A DNA stretch of 64,000 nt from an uncultured Alphaproteobacteria bacterium (GTDB lineage Bacteria > Pseudomonadota > Alphaproteobacteria > Rhizobiales > Aestuariivirgaceae). The notes beneath the pieces were generated by a model that saw nothing but the letters and a program-made list of their open reading frames with translations, searched no databases and had not been told where the DNA came from. This document shows, one piece after another, positions 19,724 to 30,435 of this stretch (position 1 is the first letter of the stretch; every line of letters starts with the position of its first letter). A program made the translations under genes and the position numbers. The stretch is from positions 394,660 to 458,659 of the forward strand of contig CAWKKP010000003.1 in NCBI GenBank assembly GCA_963850355.1, read 5' to 3'.

Positions 19724-20853
19724 TGACTTTCGCATTGATCGGCGCACGCGTGTTTGATGGCAGCGTGTTCCTTGACAACACTGCTGTGTTAATCGAAGGC
19801 AACCGCATTGCAGCCGTTCAGTTGCAATCAACCTTGTCGTCCTCAGTTAAAACTATCCAACTAAATGGCGGACTATTGGCTCCGGGATTTATTGATGTGC
19901 AGGTCAACGGCGGCGGCGGCGCATTGCTCAACAATGAACCTAACGAGCAGAGCGTAAGAAGCATCGCTGAATCCCACCGCCAACATGGTACCGTTGGACT
20001 TCTGCCAACGGTGATTACCGACACGCCGCAAGTGATTGCAAACGCCATCGCTGCAATACGCGCCGCGCGTGCCAGTGGCGTTCCAGGTGTGCTCGGCATT
20101 CACATTGAAGGACCCTTCCTCGACCCCCAAAAAAAAGGCGCACACGAAGCTCAATTCATCAGGCCCTTACAAGAATCAGACATTCAACAACTTGCAAATG
20201 CCGATTGCGGCAAGGTCATGTTAACAGTCGCCCCCAACTGCGTTTCACCTACTGACGTCAATAGACTGGTCGCTGCGGGTGTGAAGGTTAGTCTCGGTCA
20301 TTCCGACGCGACCTATGCAGAAGCGCGCCTTGCACTTGACGCCGGAGCAAGCAGCTTTACGCACTTATTCAACGCTATGAGTCAATTGTCAGGACGCGAA
20401 CCGGGCATGGTCGGCGCTGCATTGACTGACAACGGAAGTTTCATCGGCATCATTGCGGACGGCTATCACGTGCATGACTCCTCATTGAAACTCGCATTGG
20501 CAGCGACATCAACAGATCGATTTATGTTGGTCAGTGATGCTATGCCCACAGCCGCAGGCGGACCAGACCAATTTGAACTGCAAGGTCGCGTCGTAAAGCG
20601 CGTTGGCGATCGCCTCACTTTAAGTGACGGGACTTTGGCAGGCTCCAACCTAACCATGGATGCAGCCGTGCGTTATTGCGTCAACGCACTAGGCGTCGAC
20701 GTGGCGACAGCCCTGCGCATGGCCTCATTAAATCCCGCCCGTTTTTTAGGCCTTCACACCGAGATCGGCCATATCAGCGTCGGAGCCAAGGCAAGCTTGG
20801 TCCACCTCGATAATGACCTTAACGTTAAGCAAACATGGATTGATGGACAATGA
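19723..20853 (+). CDS. nagA: N-acetylglucosamine-6-phosphate deacetylase
   Basis: PGFIDVQVNG, GIHIEGPF, LGHS, THLFNAM, IADGYHV, LVSDAM and LAGS motifs. Confidence 0.96.
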   Translation: MTFALIGARVFDGSVFLDNTAVLIEGNRIAAVQLQSTLSSSVKTIQLNGGLLAPGFIDVQVNGGGGALLNNEPNEQSVRSIAESHRQHGTVGLLPTVITDTPQVIANAIAAIRAARASGVPGVLGIHIEGPFLDPQKKGAHEAQFIRPLQESDIQQLANADCGKVMLTVAPNCVSPTDVNRLVAAGVKVSLGHSDATYAEARLALDAGASSFTHLFNAMSQLSGREPGMVGAALTDNGSFIGIIADGYHVHDSSLKLALAATSTDRFMLVSDAMPTAAGGPDQFELQGRVVKRVGDRLTLSDGTLAGSNLTMDAAVRYCVNALGVDVATALRMASLNPARFLGLHTEIGHISVGAKASLVHLDNDLNVKQTWIDGQ

Positions 20854-21914
20854 GTAAGATACAAGTCTTGGTCGTAGGTGTCGGAAACATGGGCCTATCG
20901 CATGCTCGCGCCTATGCCGCCAACAGTGGTTTTGAACTCGTCGGATTATGCAGCAGAAACATTTCGAGCAGGAAAGATTTGGAAGCGGAGTTTCCAACCG
21001 TCTCTAAGTTCGACGACTACAACACCGCATTGCAAGCGACAAAACCTGATGCCGTCTCCATCAACACCTGGCCCGACACCCATGCGGAATATGCCATCAA
21101 GGCCTTGAATGCGGGATGCCATCTCTTCGTCGAAAAGCCACTGGCAGTGACTGTTGCCGGGGCAGAAGACATTGCGCAATTGGCACGGCGTAAAAATCTC
21201 AAGATTGTCATTGGCTATATACTGCGTGTGCACCCATCATGGGTGAAATTTGTTGAGGTTGGAAAGACGTTGGGCAAGCCCCTTGTCATGCGCATGAACC
21301 TCAATCAGCAATCGTCTGGCCCACAATGGGATGTGCACAAACACCTGATGAATTCGATTTCTCCCATCGTCGATTGTGGCGTTCATTATGTTGATGTCAT
21401 GTGCCAAGTCACAGGCGCAAAACCCAAACAGGTGCATGCCGTCGGCGTGCGCCTCACTGAAGACATCCACGAGAGCATGTACAACTATGGCCACCTCCAC
21501 GTCAGCTTCGATGACGGTTCCGTTGGCTGGTATGAAGCGGGCTGGGGCCCGATGATGAGTGAGACTGCCTTCTTTGTAAAAGACATGATCGGACCCAAAG
21601 GCTCCGTGTCAATTGCCATGGATAAGTCAAAGGCTGATTCATCTGACGTGGACGCCCACACAAAAACCTCGGCACTCCGCGTGCACCACAGCGGCTTGAA
21701 ATCTGACGGAACCTTCGCGCTTCAAGACGATGTCATACGCATGGATGATGAACCCGGCCATCAAGAACTCTGCAATCGCGAGCAAGCGCTTTTCCTTGAC
21801 GCCATCACAAATGATCGCGACATGACGCGACACGTCGAAGAGGCGATCAACTCCCTCCGCATTGTGCTTGCAGCCGATGAAAGTGTGCGGACAGGCAGAG
21901 TTGTTGAGTTATGA
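20850..21914 (+). CDS. Gfo/Idh/MocA family oxidoreductase
   Basis: GVGNMG Rossmann motif, VEKP and DCGVHYVD; ATGA overlap with nagA. Confidence 0.9.
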   Translation: MSKIQVLVVGVGNMGLSHARAYAANSGFELVGLCSRNISSRKDLEAEFPTVSKFDDYNTALQATKPDAVSINTWPDTHAEYAIKALNAGCHLFVEKPLAVTVAGAEDIAQLARRKNLKIVIGYILRVHPSWVKFVEVGKTLGKPLVMRMNLNQQSSGPQWDVHKHLMNSISPIVDCGVHYVDVMCQVTGAKPKQVHAVGVRLTEDIHESMYNYGHLHVSFDDGSVGWYEAGWGPMMSETAFFVKDMIGPKGSVSIAMDKSKADSSDVDAHTKTSALRVHHSGLKSDGTFALQDDVIRMDDEPGHQELCNREQALFLDAITNDRDMTRHVEEAINSLRIVLAADESVRTGRVVEL

Positions 21915-21922
21915 CGGTTTGA

Positions 21923-23406
21923 TCAGGCCCGCAGATAGGCGTCCAGCGCCTCGCGTTGCGATGCTGTTAGCACAAGACCGTGTTTGGTGCGCCGAAACAG
22001 AATATCCTCAGCCGTCTGCGCCCATTCATGTTTGCGCAAATAGGAGACTTCCACCGCATAAAGCAGACCGCCAAAATGCTGTCCCAAATCATCAACACTC
22101 TGAGCGTCCTTCAGGATCAACGCAGCTCGCGTGCCATAAAGCCGCGCATAATGCGTCACCAAGTCTTTCGGAAGTCCGCTGTACCGAGCCAGCAACTTTC
22201 CGAGGAAACCATCGAAATCACCATTCGGAATATCGCCGCCGGGCAGGGCAGCCGTCGCCGTCCAGTCCCCACTCATCTCGGGAAAGTAGGGCATGAGTTT
22301 CTGCAACGCATGCCCAGCCAACTTGCGATAGGTCGTGATCTTTCCACCAAACACAGAAAGCAGTGGCGGCTCACCTTCAACCTCGAAAACATAGTCACGG
22401 GTCACAGCCGAAGGATTGTCAGCATTGTCGTCATAAAGCGGGCGCACACCGGAGAATGAATGTAAAACATCCGCACGCACCAACTGCTTGCGGCTGTAAC
22501 GGTTCACCGCATCAAGCAGATATGAAATTTCAGTCTCAGCGATTGCGACTGTCTCAGCCTCGCCTTCATGCGGAATATCAGTTGTACCAATGAGTGCCAA
22601 ATTGCCTTGATAGGGGTTTACAAAAATCACTCGCTTATCAGTGTTCTGAAACAAATAAGCGTTAGGGCCGTCCCAAAATTTCTCAACAATGATGTGAGAG
22701 CCTTTCACCAGTCGCACTTTGCGCTTTGAGTTTGAACCCGTAACCGCCGTCAGAACTTTCTCAACCCAAGGCCCCGCTGCATTGGCAATTGCTTTGGCAT
22801 TTACATGTCGCACAGTGCCATTTGCGATTTCAATTCCACATCCCACACGCCATCAACACGACGAGCCGAAACTGCGCGTGTGCGCGTGTAAATCGTTGCA
22901 CCGCGTTCTTGAGCGTCCATCACATTCAATATAACAAGCCGCGCGTCGTCAACCCAACAATCTGAATATTCGAAAGCCTTGCGATACTTTTGTTGTATCG
23001 CATTTCCTTCGGGGTCGAGTGACAGATCAAGTGTCCGCGTACCAGGTAAATTTACCCGTCCACCTAAGTGGTCATACAGAAAAAGCCCAAGGCGGATCAG
23101 CCACGCTGGGCGTTGTTCGGGCGAGTGCGGAATGACAAAGCGCAGAGGCCAAACAATATGTGGTGCCGCATTGAGCAGCACTTCGCGTTCTATGAGAGCC
23201 TCACGCACCAATCGAAATTCATAATACTCGAGATAGCGCAACCCACCGTGAATGAGTTTGCCTGATCGCGAAGACGTGCCTTGTGCAAAGTCATCTTTTT
23301 CACAGAGCGCGACACGAAGTCCGCGACCTGCTGCATCGCGCGCGATGCCAGCACCGTTAATGCCGCCGCCAATGACGAGAAGATCAACTATCGCACTGTC
23401 TTTCAT
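21923..23406 (-). CDS. eryB: FAD-dependent polyol-phosphate dehydrogenase, GlpD/EryB type (1-base deletion near 22830)
   Basis: GGGINGAGIARDAAGRG, GTSSRSGKLIHGGLRYLEYYEFRLVREAL, DPEG, LVKGSH and GGKITTYR. Adding one A joins ..VELKIANGTVR..; ~494 aa, downstream of an eryA-like kinase. Confidence 0.8.
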
Positions 23407-23415
23407 AACAACACC

Positions 23416-24459
23416 TCAGCAGCGATTTATGGCAGGTTCACCCGCTAGATAACGTCGCACTTCTTCTGCTGCCAGTCCCGCTGCATATCTCACCGTATGA
23501 ACAGATGCGCCTGCAATATGCGGCGTCAACGTCACATTCGGCAATTGCAGCAACGGCAAATCCGGTGGAACAGGTTCGACGTTGAAAGTTTCCAGCATGG
23601 CACCGCGCAAATGCCCCTCCGACATCACACGATACAATGCGTCATAATCCAACAGCGGACCACGCGCGGTATTGATCAACGTGGCATCAGGTTTCATACG
23701 GCGCAGCATTTCTTCATTGATCATTTTAGTGGTTTCAGGCGTAACGCGCGCATGCAGAGAAATGACGTCTGCCTCGTCCAACACCTTATCAAGCGATGCA
23801 TGAACAACACCGTCGCGTAAATCTTCGGCAGTCAACTGCACATAGGGATCGCTGACGAGAATACGACAGCCGAACGCTTTCAGGAACTTCACAACCCGGC
23901 GTCCCACTTCGCCGTAGCCGACCAGCCCCACCGTCATTTCGTGTAACTCGCGGCCTGCAACATCAGCGCGATACAGGTCTCCGCGGTAGTTCCCCTTACG
24001 CAACGCGTCATGACCTCGCGTGATATTGCGCGTTTCCGAGAGGATCGCACCAATTGTAAACTCCGCAACTGCCGATGCATTGCGGCCCGGTGTATTAACG
24101 ACTGTAATGCCACGTTCACGCGCCGCGTTCATATCAATGTTCACAGGGCCACCACGCGAAACCGCCACAAATCTGAGATGTGGCAAACGTTCCATGATTT
24201 GGGCTGACAATGGGGCAAGATGTGTCACTAGAATTTCAGCATCAGCGACCAATGCCACAACCTCATCCGCCGTCCCCATGTATTCCTTGAGTCCATCCAT
24301 ACCAGGCGCCGCATAACCATGTTCCATCGGCTGATCCGGCCATTGTAAGTCATGGACAGAAATATCGAATTCGTAAAGTTTGCAGCGGTCGCGCAAGGCT
24401 TCTTCAAACATCTGGGAAAGCATGAACAAATCACCAATCACAGCGACTTTGCGTTTCAT
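23416..24459 (-). CDS. D-isomer-specific 2-hydroxyacid dehydrogenase family protein
   Basis: NTPGRNASAVAE, VGLVGYGEVG, LHAR, INTARG and TPHIAG; start overlaps the kinase stop. Confidence 0.9.
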   Translation of the reverse strand: MKRKVAVIGDLFMLSQMFEEALRDRCKLYEFDISVHDLQWPDQPMEHGYAAPGMDGLKEYMGTADEVVALVADAEILVTHLAPLSAQIMERLPHLRFVAVSRGGPVNIDMNAARERGITVVNTPGRNASAVAEFTIGAILSETRNITRGHDALRKGNYRGDLYRADVAGRELHEMTVGLVGYGEVGRRVVKFLKAFGCRILVSDPYVQLTAEDLRDGVVHASLDKVLDEADVISLHARVTPETTKMINEEMLRRMKPDATLINTARGPLLDYDALYRVMSEGHLRGAMLETFNVEPVPPDLPLLQLPNVTLTPHIAGASVHTVRYAAGLAAEEVRRYLAGEPAINRC

Positions 24460-26011
24460 CTCGTTGCTCCAAGTCCACGCCAAATGGGTCGCATGGCTTT
24501 GCGGGATTCGACGTAATGGGGAAATACCTTTTCATATCGCGCCGTCAATGCTTGTTCCGGTGCGGTCGTGTCACCAAGATGCGGCTCTACCCAAACCTCA
24601 GCACACTCCGTCATGTTGGAATAGAGCTTCTGCTGCACGGCAGCGATCATCGCGGCTCCTGCCGCACCTGATTCTTCTCGCGACACACTGCGTATGCCGG
24701 CATCGAGAACATTGGCGAGGATCGCGCGCAATGCTTTGGAACGTGCTGCACCACCCGTCACACGGATTTCCATGGGCATGGGCCCCATAGCCAGATAACA
24801 ATCACGCGCGGCAAATGCCAAGCCCTCAAACACACTGCGCATCATGTCGTAGTAATCCGTCGTCGTATCGAGACCATTAAACATTGCGCGAGCTGACGGC
24901 TCCATAAAGGGGCCACGTTCACCGGCCTTCGAGATATAGGGATGAAAAAGCAGTTTGGCCGGTTCGCGTGACAAGATTTTGTCGTCAATAGATTTAAGCA
25001 AATCAGCACGCGATTTTTCTACACCACTGTCTTGCAATATGCCGCGTGCCACATCAAGCCACCAGTCAATGTTTAATGTCGAGGCCATATTGGACTGGAT
25101 TTGCGCCACCATGCCAGGTGCGGGAAAAGCCATGGTGTAACCTGATTTTTCAGCATTCAATTGCACTTTCAACACATCAGACTGCAACCGCATATGCATG
25201 CCCGTCGATCCAACAATCGTACAACCAGACTGTCCCGTGGGATCATACTAGACCTCCACCAAGGCCAGTACAGAGAACATCGACATAGCCCAGGCAAACC
25301 GGAGTGCCCTTTTTCAAACCTGTGGCTTTTGCAGCTGCAGCGAGTGAGTTGCCCGCAAACATCAGTGCCATCGACAATCGGTGTTAACACTGATTTTGCA
25401 TTCGGGGCGCCAAGCTGATCGAGAATGTCAGGCAGATACGATCCTGACTTTTATAATCACCGAAAGTGAAGTTCGCTTCAGAAGGATCAGTCACCCTTTC
25501 GCCAGTGAGATTAAAATAGATCCAATCCTTGCAATGAAACGCATGGGTTGCCTTGGCCAAAACTTCAGGGCGGTGTCGATGCATCCACGCCAACTGCACA
25601 CTCATTTGACAGACATTCACGCCAGTTCCGGTGCGCGCATAATGCGCCGCATAATTCCCCCGACGTCGTGAACTCTTCGACGATTTCAGCAGCGCGCGCG
25701 TCAAGCCACAACCATGCGGGCGCTACCGGTGCCCCCGACTTATCAATCAGCCACATACCGTCACCTTGTCCCGTGACCGAGATTGCGATGAGCCGTGACG
25801 CAAGGTCGGGAATCTGTTCTGTGAGCTGCTTCAACGTGGCTGCCGTATCGCGCCATGTCCGCTGCATATCCTGTTCTACGCCACCATCAGGTAGTGTTTC
25901 GTAACTGTTGGTAACTGCGGCTGCAGCAAGCTGCGTGCCATCAGTTGAAAATGCAACGGACTTGATAACGGATGTACCCGCGTCAATACCAATAATTATG
26001 CCGTCCGTCAT
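24456..26011 (-). CDS. eryA: FGGY-family polyol kinase, erythritol kinase-like (four frameshifts at ~25659, 25440, 25342, 25249)
   Basis: IIIGIDAGTSVIK, VTGQGDG, WLDARA, HCKDW..LTGERVTDPSEANFTFG, GSTGMHMR and GERGPF. The pieces reassemble to ~517 aa and resemble Brucella EryA as I recall it. Confidence 0.75.
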
Positions 26012-26027
26012 TATCGCTCCAACGCAA

Positions 26028-27526
26028 TTAGCCCATGACCTTGGTGCCAAGGCTGTGGCCCACGTTGGCAACAGTTACAGGCTTCGCAACGCGCATTTCT
26101 TCTACGCTGCGCACATGTTGACGTGCAGCACCCGCCCAATCGCGTGTCTTCACTTTTGGATTGCGCATCCGTTCTTTTGCAGCTGGAATTGCGTGTGCGT
26201 ATTGAGGCAACCACTGGGCCTGCGCCACTATCATTTCATCAACCATCTGCCACACTTCATCCGGTGTACAAATGGCGCCAACAAGTGGATCATGCAACAC
26301 CGCTAGCTTCAGCAATTCCACATCACCCGTCATGGCGGCCTGTACCGACATGCGCTGCACGTTAATTGAAGACATGCAGGTTGCAGCACAGGCCAATGGC
26401 AATTCAATACCTTCCATCATATTGATTCCGAAATCGATCAACATATCCAGGTGATTCAACAATGCAATCTGTAGGAAGATTCTTGATCGTGCCGCTATTC
26501 TTAACATTGAAGTGGCCGCGATAGCCGCGTCCCGTTTCCATCGCTTCGATGATCCAGGACGCATGCTCATCCGTGCGTTGATAGTCCGCAAGCATTTTTC
26601 CAGCCTGTTCTAGAAACTGTGGAAAGTCTTGCTCAAACCAGTTCCGATTTTCAGTGCTGTAGCGCAGATATCCACCCGTCTCGCCGTGGATCCAGTCTGT
26701 CAACGAAATCCATTTGGTAATGTCCTCTGGGCGCTTGCGGTACCACGGCAGATATTCGGACAAATGCCCATTGGATTCCGTCGAATAAAATCCAAATCGT
26801 TTCAATACATCAATGCGGACTTTTTCTTGATCGGCAAATAACGGATGACTTCTCGAATGCCGCCACCAATTCATCCTTTGAAATCGTGCGTCCCTTGTGA
26901 TTGAGGCCAACATACCAAGTCTGGTGATTGATGCCCGAACAGATGATATCAAGTTCCGTGTGGTCTTTGATCTTCAGAGCCTGTGCAATCTGCCGCCATC
27001 CATTTTGTACGCCGTGACACAAACCAACGGTGTTGACCTTCCCGTAATCGATACAAGCCCAGGTGTTCATGGCCATGGGGTTGGCATAGTTGAGATGAAG
27101 CAAATCGCTATGGGCGAGTTCACGCATGTCTTTGCAGAAGTCCATCATGGCAGCCATGGTGCGCTGGCCATACATGATGCCGCCTGCGCAAATGGTGTCG
27201 CCGACGCATTGGTCAACGCCATACTTCAAAGGAATGTTGACATCAGTGGCATAGGCCTCAAGCCCACCAATGCGCACGCAGTTCATGATATATTTAGCAC
27301 CATCAAAAGCTTTGCGGCGGTCCGTTGTGGCCGTCACTTTCGTTGGCAACTTGTTCACATCAACAATGCGTTGAATGATTTGGGTGGCCATATCCAAGTT
27401 CTTGGCACTGATGTCTGTAAGTGCGATCTCAATGCCAGCGAATTCAGGGACTTTCAAAATATCACTGACAAGTTTCTTGGTAAACCCAATAGAACCCGCA
27501 CCAATGATTGCAATCTTGAAAGTCAT
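26028..27526 (-). CDS. Family 4 glycoside hydrolase, alpha-galactosidase-like second paralogue (frameshifts at ~26848, 26432)
   Basis: KIAIIGAGS, DTICAGG, NYANP, GLCHG, GINHQTW, TESNGHLSEY, VESP and DPLVGA. Removing two bases gives ~498 aa. Confidence 0.88.
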
Positions 27527-27536
27527 GACACGTACC

Positions 27537-29045
27537 TCATAAACTCCGTAAAAATGCTGCGTGTCCCAAAGCTTGTGGCGCGGCAGCGCGATATTCCCGC
27601 GTCAAACTATCAGCTGCAGCCTTAGCCTTCTTCTTCAATTCAGGCATGGCTTCCATCTGCTTTTGTGCAACGTCGCGATTGAGCAATCCCAATCCATCCA
27701 ATACCGGATAATGCAATTGCTGTTCAGTGTGGGCAAATCGACCCGGCAGGGGTGTGAAATCAGAGTAGTCAGGCATTTTGTTTTGCCAGGCCGCAAGGCG
27801 ATCTTTCGTCGGATTTCCAATGCAATGCTCGGCGACATGTTTCCAGAACGGCGTATCGCGCCGCGTTGTGACATAGTGCAGATTAATGAAATCGCGAAAG
27901 TCATCGACCTGGCGGCTTACAAAGGCGTTGTAAGTCTCGCGGTCTTGCACAACGCGGTTCATATGGAAATTTGTGAACACCATCATCTGCACCACGGTTC
28001 CGTGGATAGAAGTGGCTTCCAAGGGTTCTAGAAATGATGACGACAAGCCCAACGACAAGCAATTGTTGATCCAGGCATCTTTCTGGCGTCCCACATCAAA
28101 GCGCAAATCATTGCGCGGCTCAATCTTGTGTCCGAGAGTTTTCTCAATCTCGGCCTGAGCCTGCTCCGGATTCAAAAACGCATCGGAATAGACATAGCCA
28201 CAGCCAAAACGGGTTTGCGTGGGGATGGACCACAACCATCCGGAGTTTTGTGCCCAAGCCAGCGTATAGGGCGGAATTTCTTCCCCCTCTTTTAGATCAA
28301 TCCAAAATGGCATGGCCCGGTTGACAGGCAGTTGATCGCGGTAGGATACCCATTCGCCACCTAGCTCTTTGCCAATCAAGCTTTTGCGAAAACCAGTGCA
28401 GTCAAAGAAAAATTCGCCTTCAACCGGTTCACCATCGGTGAGCAGTTTTGTAATGTCTCCAGTTTCCGAACTGCGTTCCACGCCCATCACCTGCGCATCA
28501 ACCGTCACAACGCCTTTAGACTTTTTGCGCAACCATTTGCCCGCAAGCGCCTGATCAAAATGATAGGCATGGTGATAGGGACTCATGGCAATCAGATCGC
28601 CATTTGTTTTGCGCGCAAAAGGCGATTTATTCTGATCTAGCAGATAGCCGAACAAATGAGTGTCCGATACTTTTCGGCCTGCTGCTACAGAAAATATGTC
28701 GATGTAACTCTGCGGCACGCCACCTTGCGTCTCTAACACTAAATGCGGATCATCGATAGGACCGTCATACTGATGGCCCACCGCCTTCCAATCTTTATGC
28801 CTTATGCCGAATTTGATTGTCGCTTCCGTCTGGTGCAGAAACTCAAATTCGTCGAGGCCCAAGTGTTTCAACAATTGCCGAAACACTGCCGTTGTGCCTT
28901 CGCCCACACCGATGGTCGGAATCTTCGAGGATTCGACAACGGTGATCGTCGCATCCAACTTCTGACGCTTTGCCGCATCTTGCAACATTAACGCTGCAAG
29001 CCAACCCGCCGTTCCACCACCAACGATGACGTACCGCATTGTCAT
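27537..29045 (-). CDS. Tryptophan halogenase family flavin-dependent enzyme
   Basis: GGGTAGW FAD motif, IGVGEGT, ATIK78FG (position of PrnA K79), DCTGF, GWLWSIP (WxWxIP) and FLEPLEATSI; intact 502 aa. Confidence 0.9.
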   Translation of the reverse strand: MTMRYVIVGGGTAGWLAALMLQDAAKRQKLDATITVVESSKIPTIGVGEGTTAVFRQLLKHLGLDEFEFLHQTEATIKFGIRHKDWKAVGHQYDGPIDDPHLVLETQGGVPQSYIDIFSVAAGRKVSDTHLFGYLLDQNKSPFARKTNGDLIAMSPYHHAYHFDQALAGKWLRKKSKGVVTVDAQVMGVERSSETGDITKLLTDGEPVEGEFFFDCTGFRKSLIGKELGGEWVSYRDQLPVNRAMPFWIDLKEGEEIPPYTLAWAQNSGWLWSIPTQTRFGCGYVYSDAFLNPEQAQAEIEKTLGHKIEPRNDLRFDVGRQKDAWINNCLSLGLSSSFLEPLEATSIHGTVVQMMVFTNFHMNRVVQDRETYNAFVSRQVDDFRDFINLHYVTTRRDTPFWKHVAEHCIGNPTKDRLAAWQNKMPDYSDFTPLPGRFAHTEQQLHYPVLDGLGLLNRDVAQKQMEAMPELKKKAKAAADSLTREYRAAAPQALGHAAFLRSL

Positions 29046-30418
29046 TCAGCAGCTTGCCGTGGTTTATGCACGCGGGCAAATTCCGGCAACCAGTCTCCGT
29101 GGGCGGCCAGCAAATCATCGGTCAGATCCCAAATTTGTTGGAGATCCAATTCTGCCGCTGTGTGTGGGTCCATCATAGCGGCGTGGTAAATGTGTTCCCG
29201 ATTTTGGTCCACCAATGCACGCACTGTAAGCTCCTGCACATTGATGTTGGTGCGGATCAGCGCTGTTAACTGTGGTGGCAGAGCGCCCACGTAAGTCGGT
29301 TGGATGCCGCGATCATCTACCAGACAGGGTACCTCTGCTGCACAATCATCCGGCAGTGAAGTGATGCAACCATTGTTGCGCTGGTTGCCGTAGATGACAG
29401 ACGGTTCACCAGTCCAGACCGAGTTAACAATGGAGGATGCATATTCGTGCGACGCTTCAACTTTGATGGTTTCTGCAGCTTTGAAATCAGCCGAGTTTTT
29501 TTTCCAACGGGCAATTTGTTCGATGCAGCGCTTTGGATACTCGTCCAGTGGAATACCAAATTTCTCGATCAAGTCCTCGCGGCCCTCTTTGATAAAGTAC
29601 GGCGTGTACTCTGCGAAATGCTCTGAACTTTCAGTAACGAAATAACCAAGCCGCTTCAACATTTCATAACGCACCTTGTTGGGGCAACGCAGATTCCAGT
29701 GGGATGGCTTGGGGAATCGGCCTTCTTCATAGCCACGCAATAAATCAGGATACAAGTTGCGATACGAACCGTCTTTCTGGCGGTGCTCGAAATTCAAGTA
29801 GAACGCCATGTGGTTAATACCTGCCGCACGGTAGCGGATTTCCTCAACCGGGATGTCAAGATCACGCGCCAGTTCGTAAGCCGTGCCCTGTACGGAATGA
29901 CACAAGCCCACTTGTTTGATCTTGGGGTATTTCTGCGAAATGGCCCAGGTGTTAATTGCCATGGGGTTCACATATTGCAGCAAATGCGCGTCAGGGCAGA
30001 TTTGCATCATGTCCTCGCAAATCTTCCAAAGATGCGGCACGGTACGGAGGCCGCGCATAATGCCACCGACGCCCAAGGTGTCGGCAATGGTTTGGCGCAA
30101 ATTGTATTTCTTTGGCACTTCAAAGTCAGTGACAGTGCACGGTTCGTAACCACCAATTTGAAATGCAACCACCACGAAGTTTGCACCTTGTAGCGCATTC
30201 TTTTGATTGGTGTGGGTTTCAACCTTGGCTTTCACACCAAGCGTCTTGATGATTTTTCCAGCAACAATTTCAAACTCACTCAAACGCTCAGGGTTGATAT
30301 CCATCAAAGCGATGGTAGCGCCCGACGTAGCGGGACGTTGAAGTATATCGCCGATGATATTTTTCATGAACACTGTTGAGCCAGCGCCGATGAACGTAAT
30401 ACGTGGATTTGCGGACAT
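29042..30418 (-). CDS. melA: Alpha-galactosidase, GH4 (MelA-like)
   Basis: RITFIGAGSTVF, QTIADTLGVGG, QYVNPM, GLCHSVQG, AGINHMA, TESSEHFAEY and AMMDPHTAAEL; intact 458 aa. Confidence 0.92.
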   Translation of the reverse strand: MSANPRITFIGAGSTVFMKNIIGDILQRPATSGATIALMDINPERLSEFEIVAGKIIKTLGVKAKVETHTNQKNALQGANFVVVAFQIGGYEPCTVTDFEVPKKYNLRQTIADTLGVGGIMRGLRTVPHLWKICEDMMQICPDAHLLQYVNPMAINTWAISQKYPKIKQVGLCHSVQGTAYELARDLDIPVEEIRYRAAGINHMAFYLNFEHRQKDGSYRNLYPDLLRGYEEGRFPKPSHWNLRCPNKVRYEMLKRLGYFVTESSEHFAEYTPYFIKEGREDLIEKFGIPLDEYPKRCIEQIARWKKNSADFKAAETIKVEASHEYASSIVNSVWTGEPSVIYGNQRNNGCITSLPDDCAAEVPCLVDDRGIQPTYVGALPPQLTALIRTNINVQELTVRALVDQNREHIYHAAMMDPHTAAELDLQQIWDLTDDLLAAHGDWLPEFARVHKPRQAAE

Positions 30419-30435
30419 GGTTTATTCCTCTTTCG

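Noticed and set aside
21923-27526. Calling eryB, eryA and the second GH4 pseudogenes
   Set aside because: Only 1-base indels, no nonsense mutations or truncations, and the same pattern across the window; sequencing error is more parsimonious, though unproven without reads.
26897-27625. 242 aa plus-strand ORF (likewise 35425..36072, 53879..54547, 5596..6204 and other long antisense ORFs)
   Set aside because: Antisense shadows of confidently identified genes with no recognisable domains.
27537-29045. Halogenated natural-product biosynthetic cluster
   Set aside because: No NRPS/PKS, flavin reductase, tailoring or export genes in the window; neighbours are purely catabolic.
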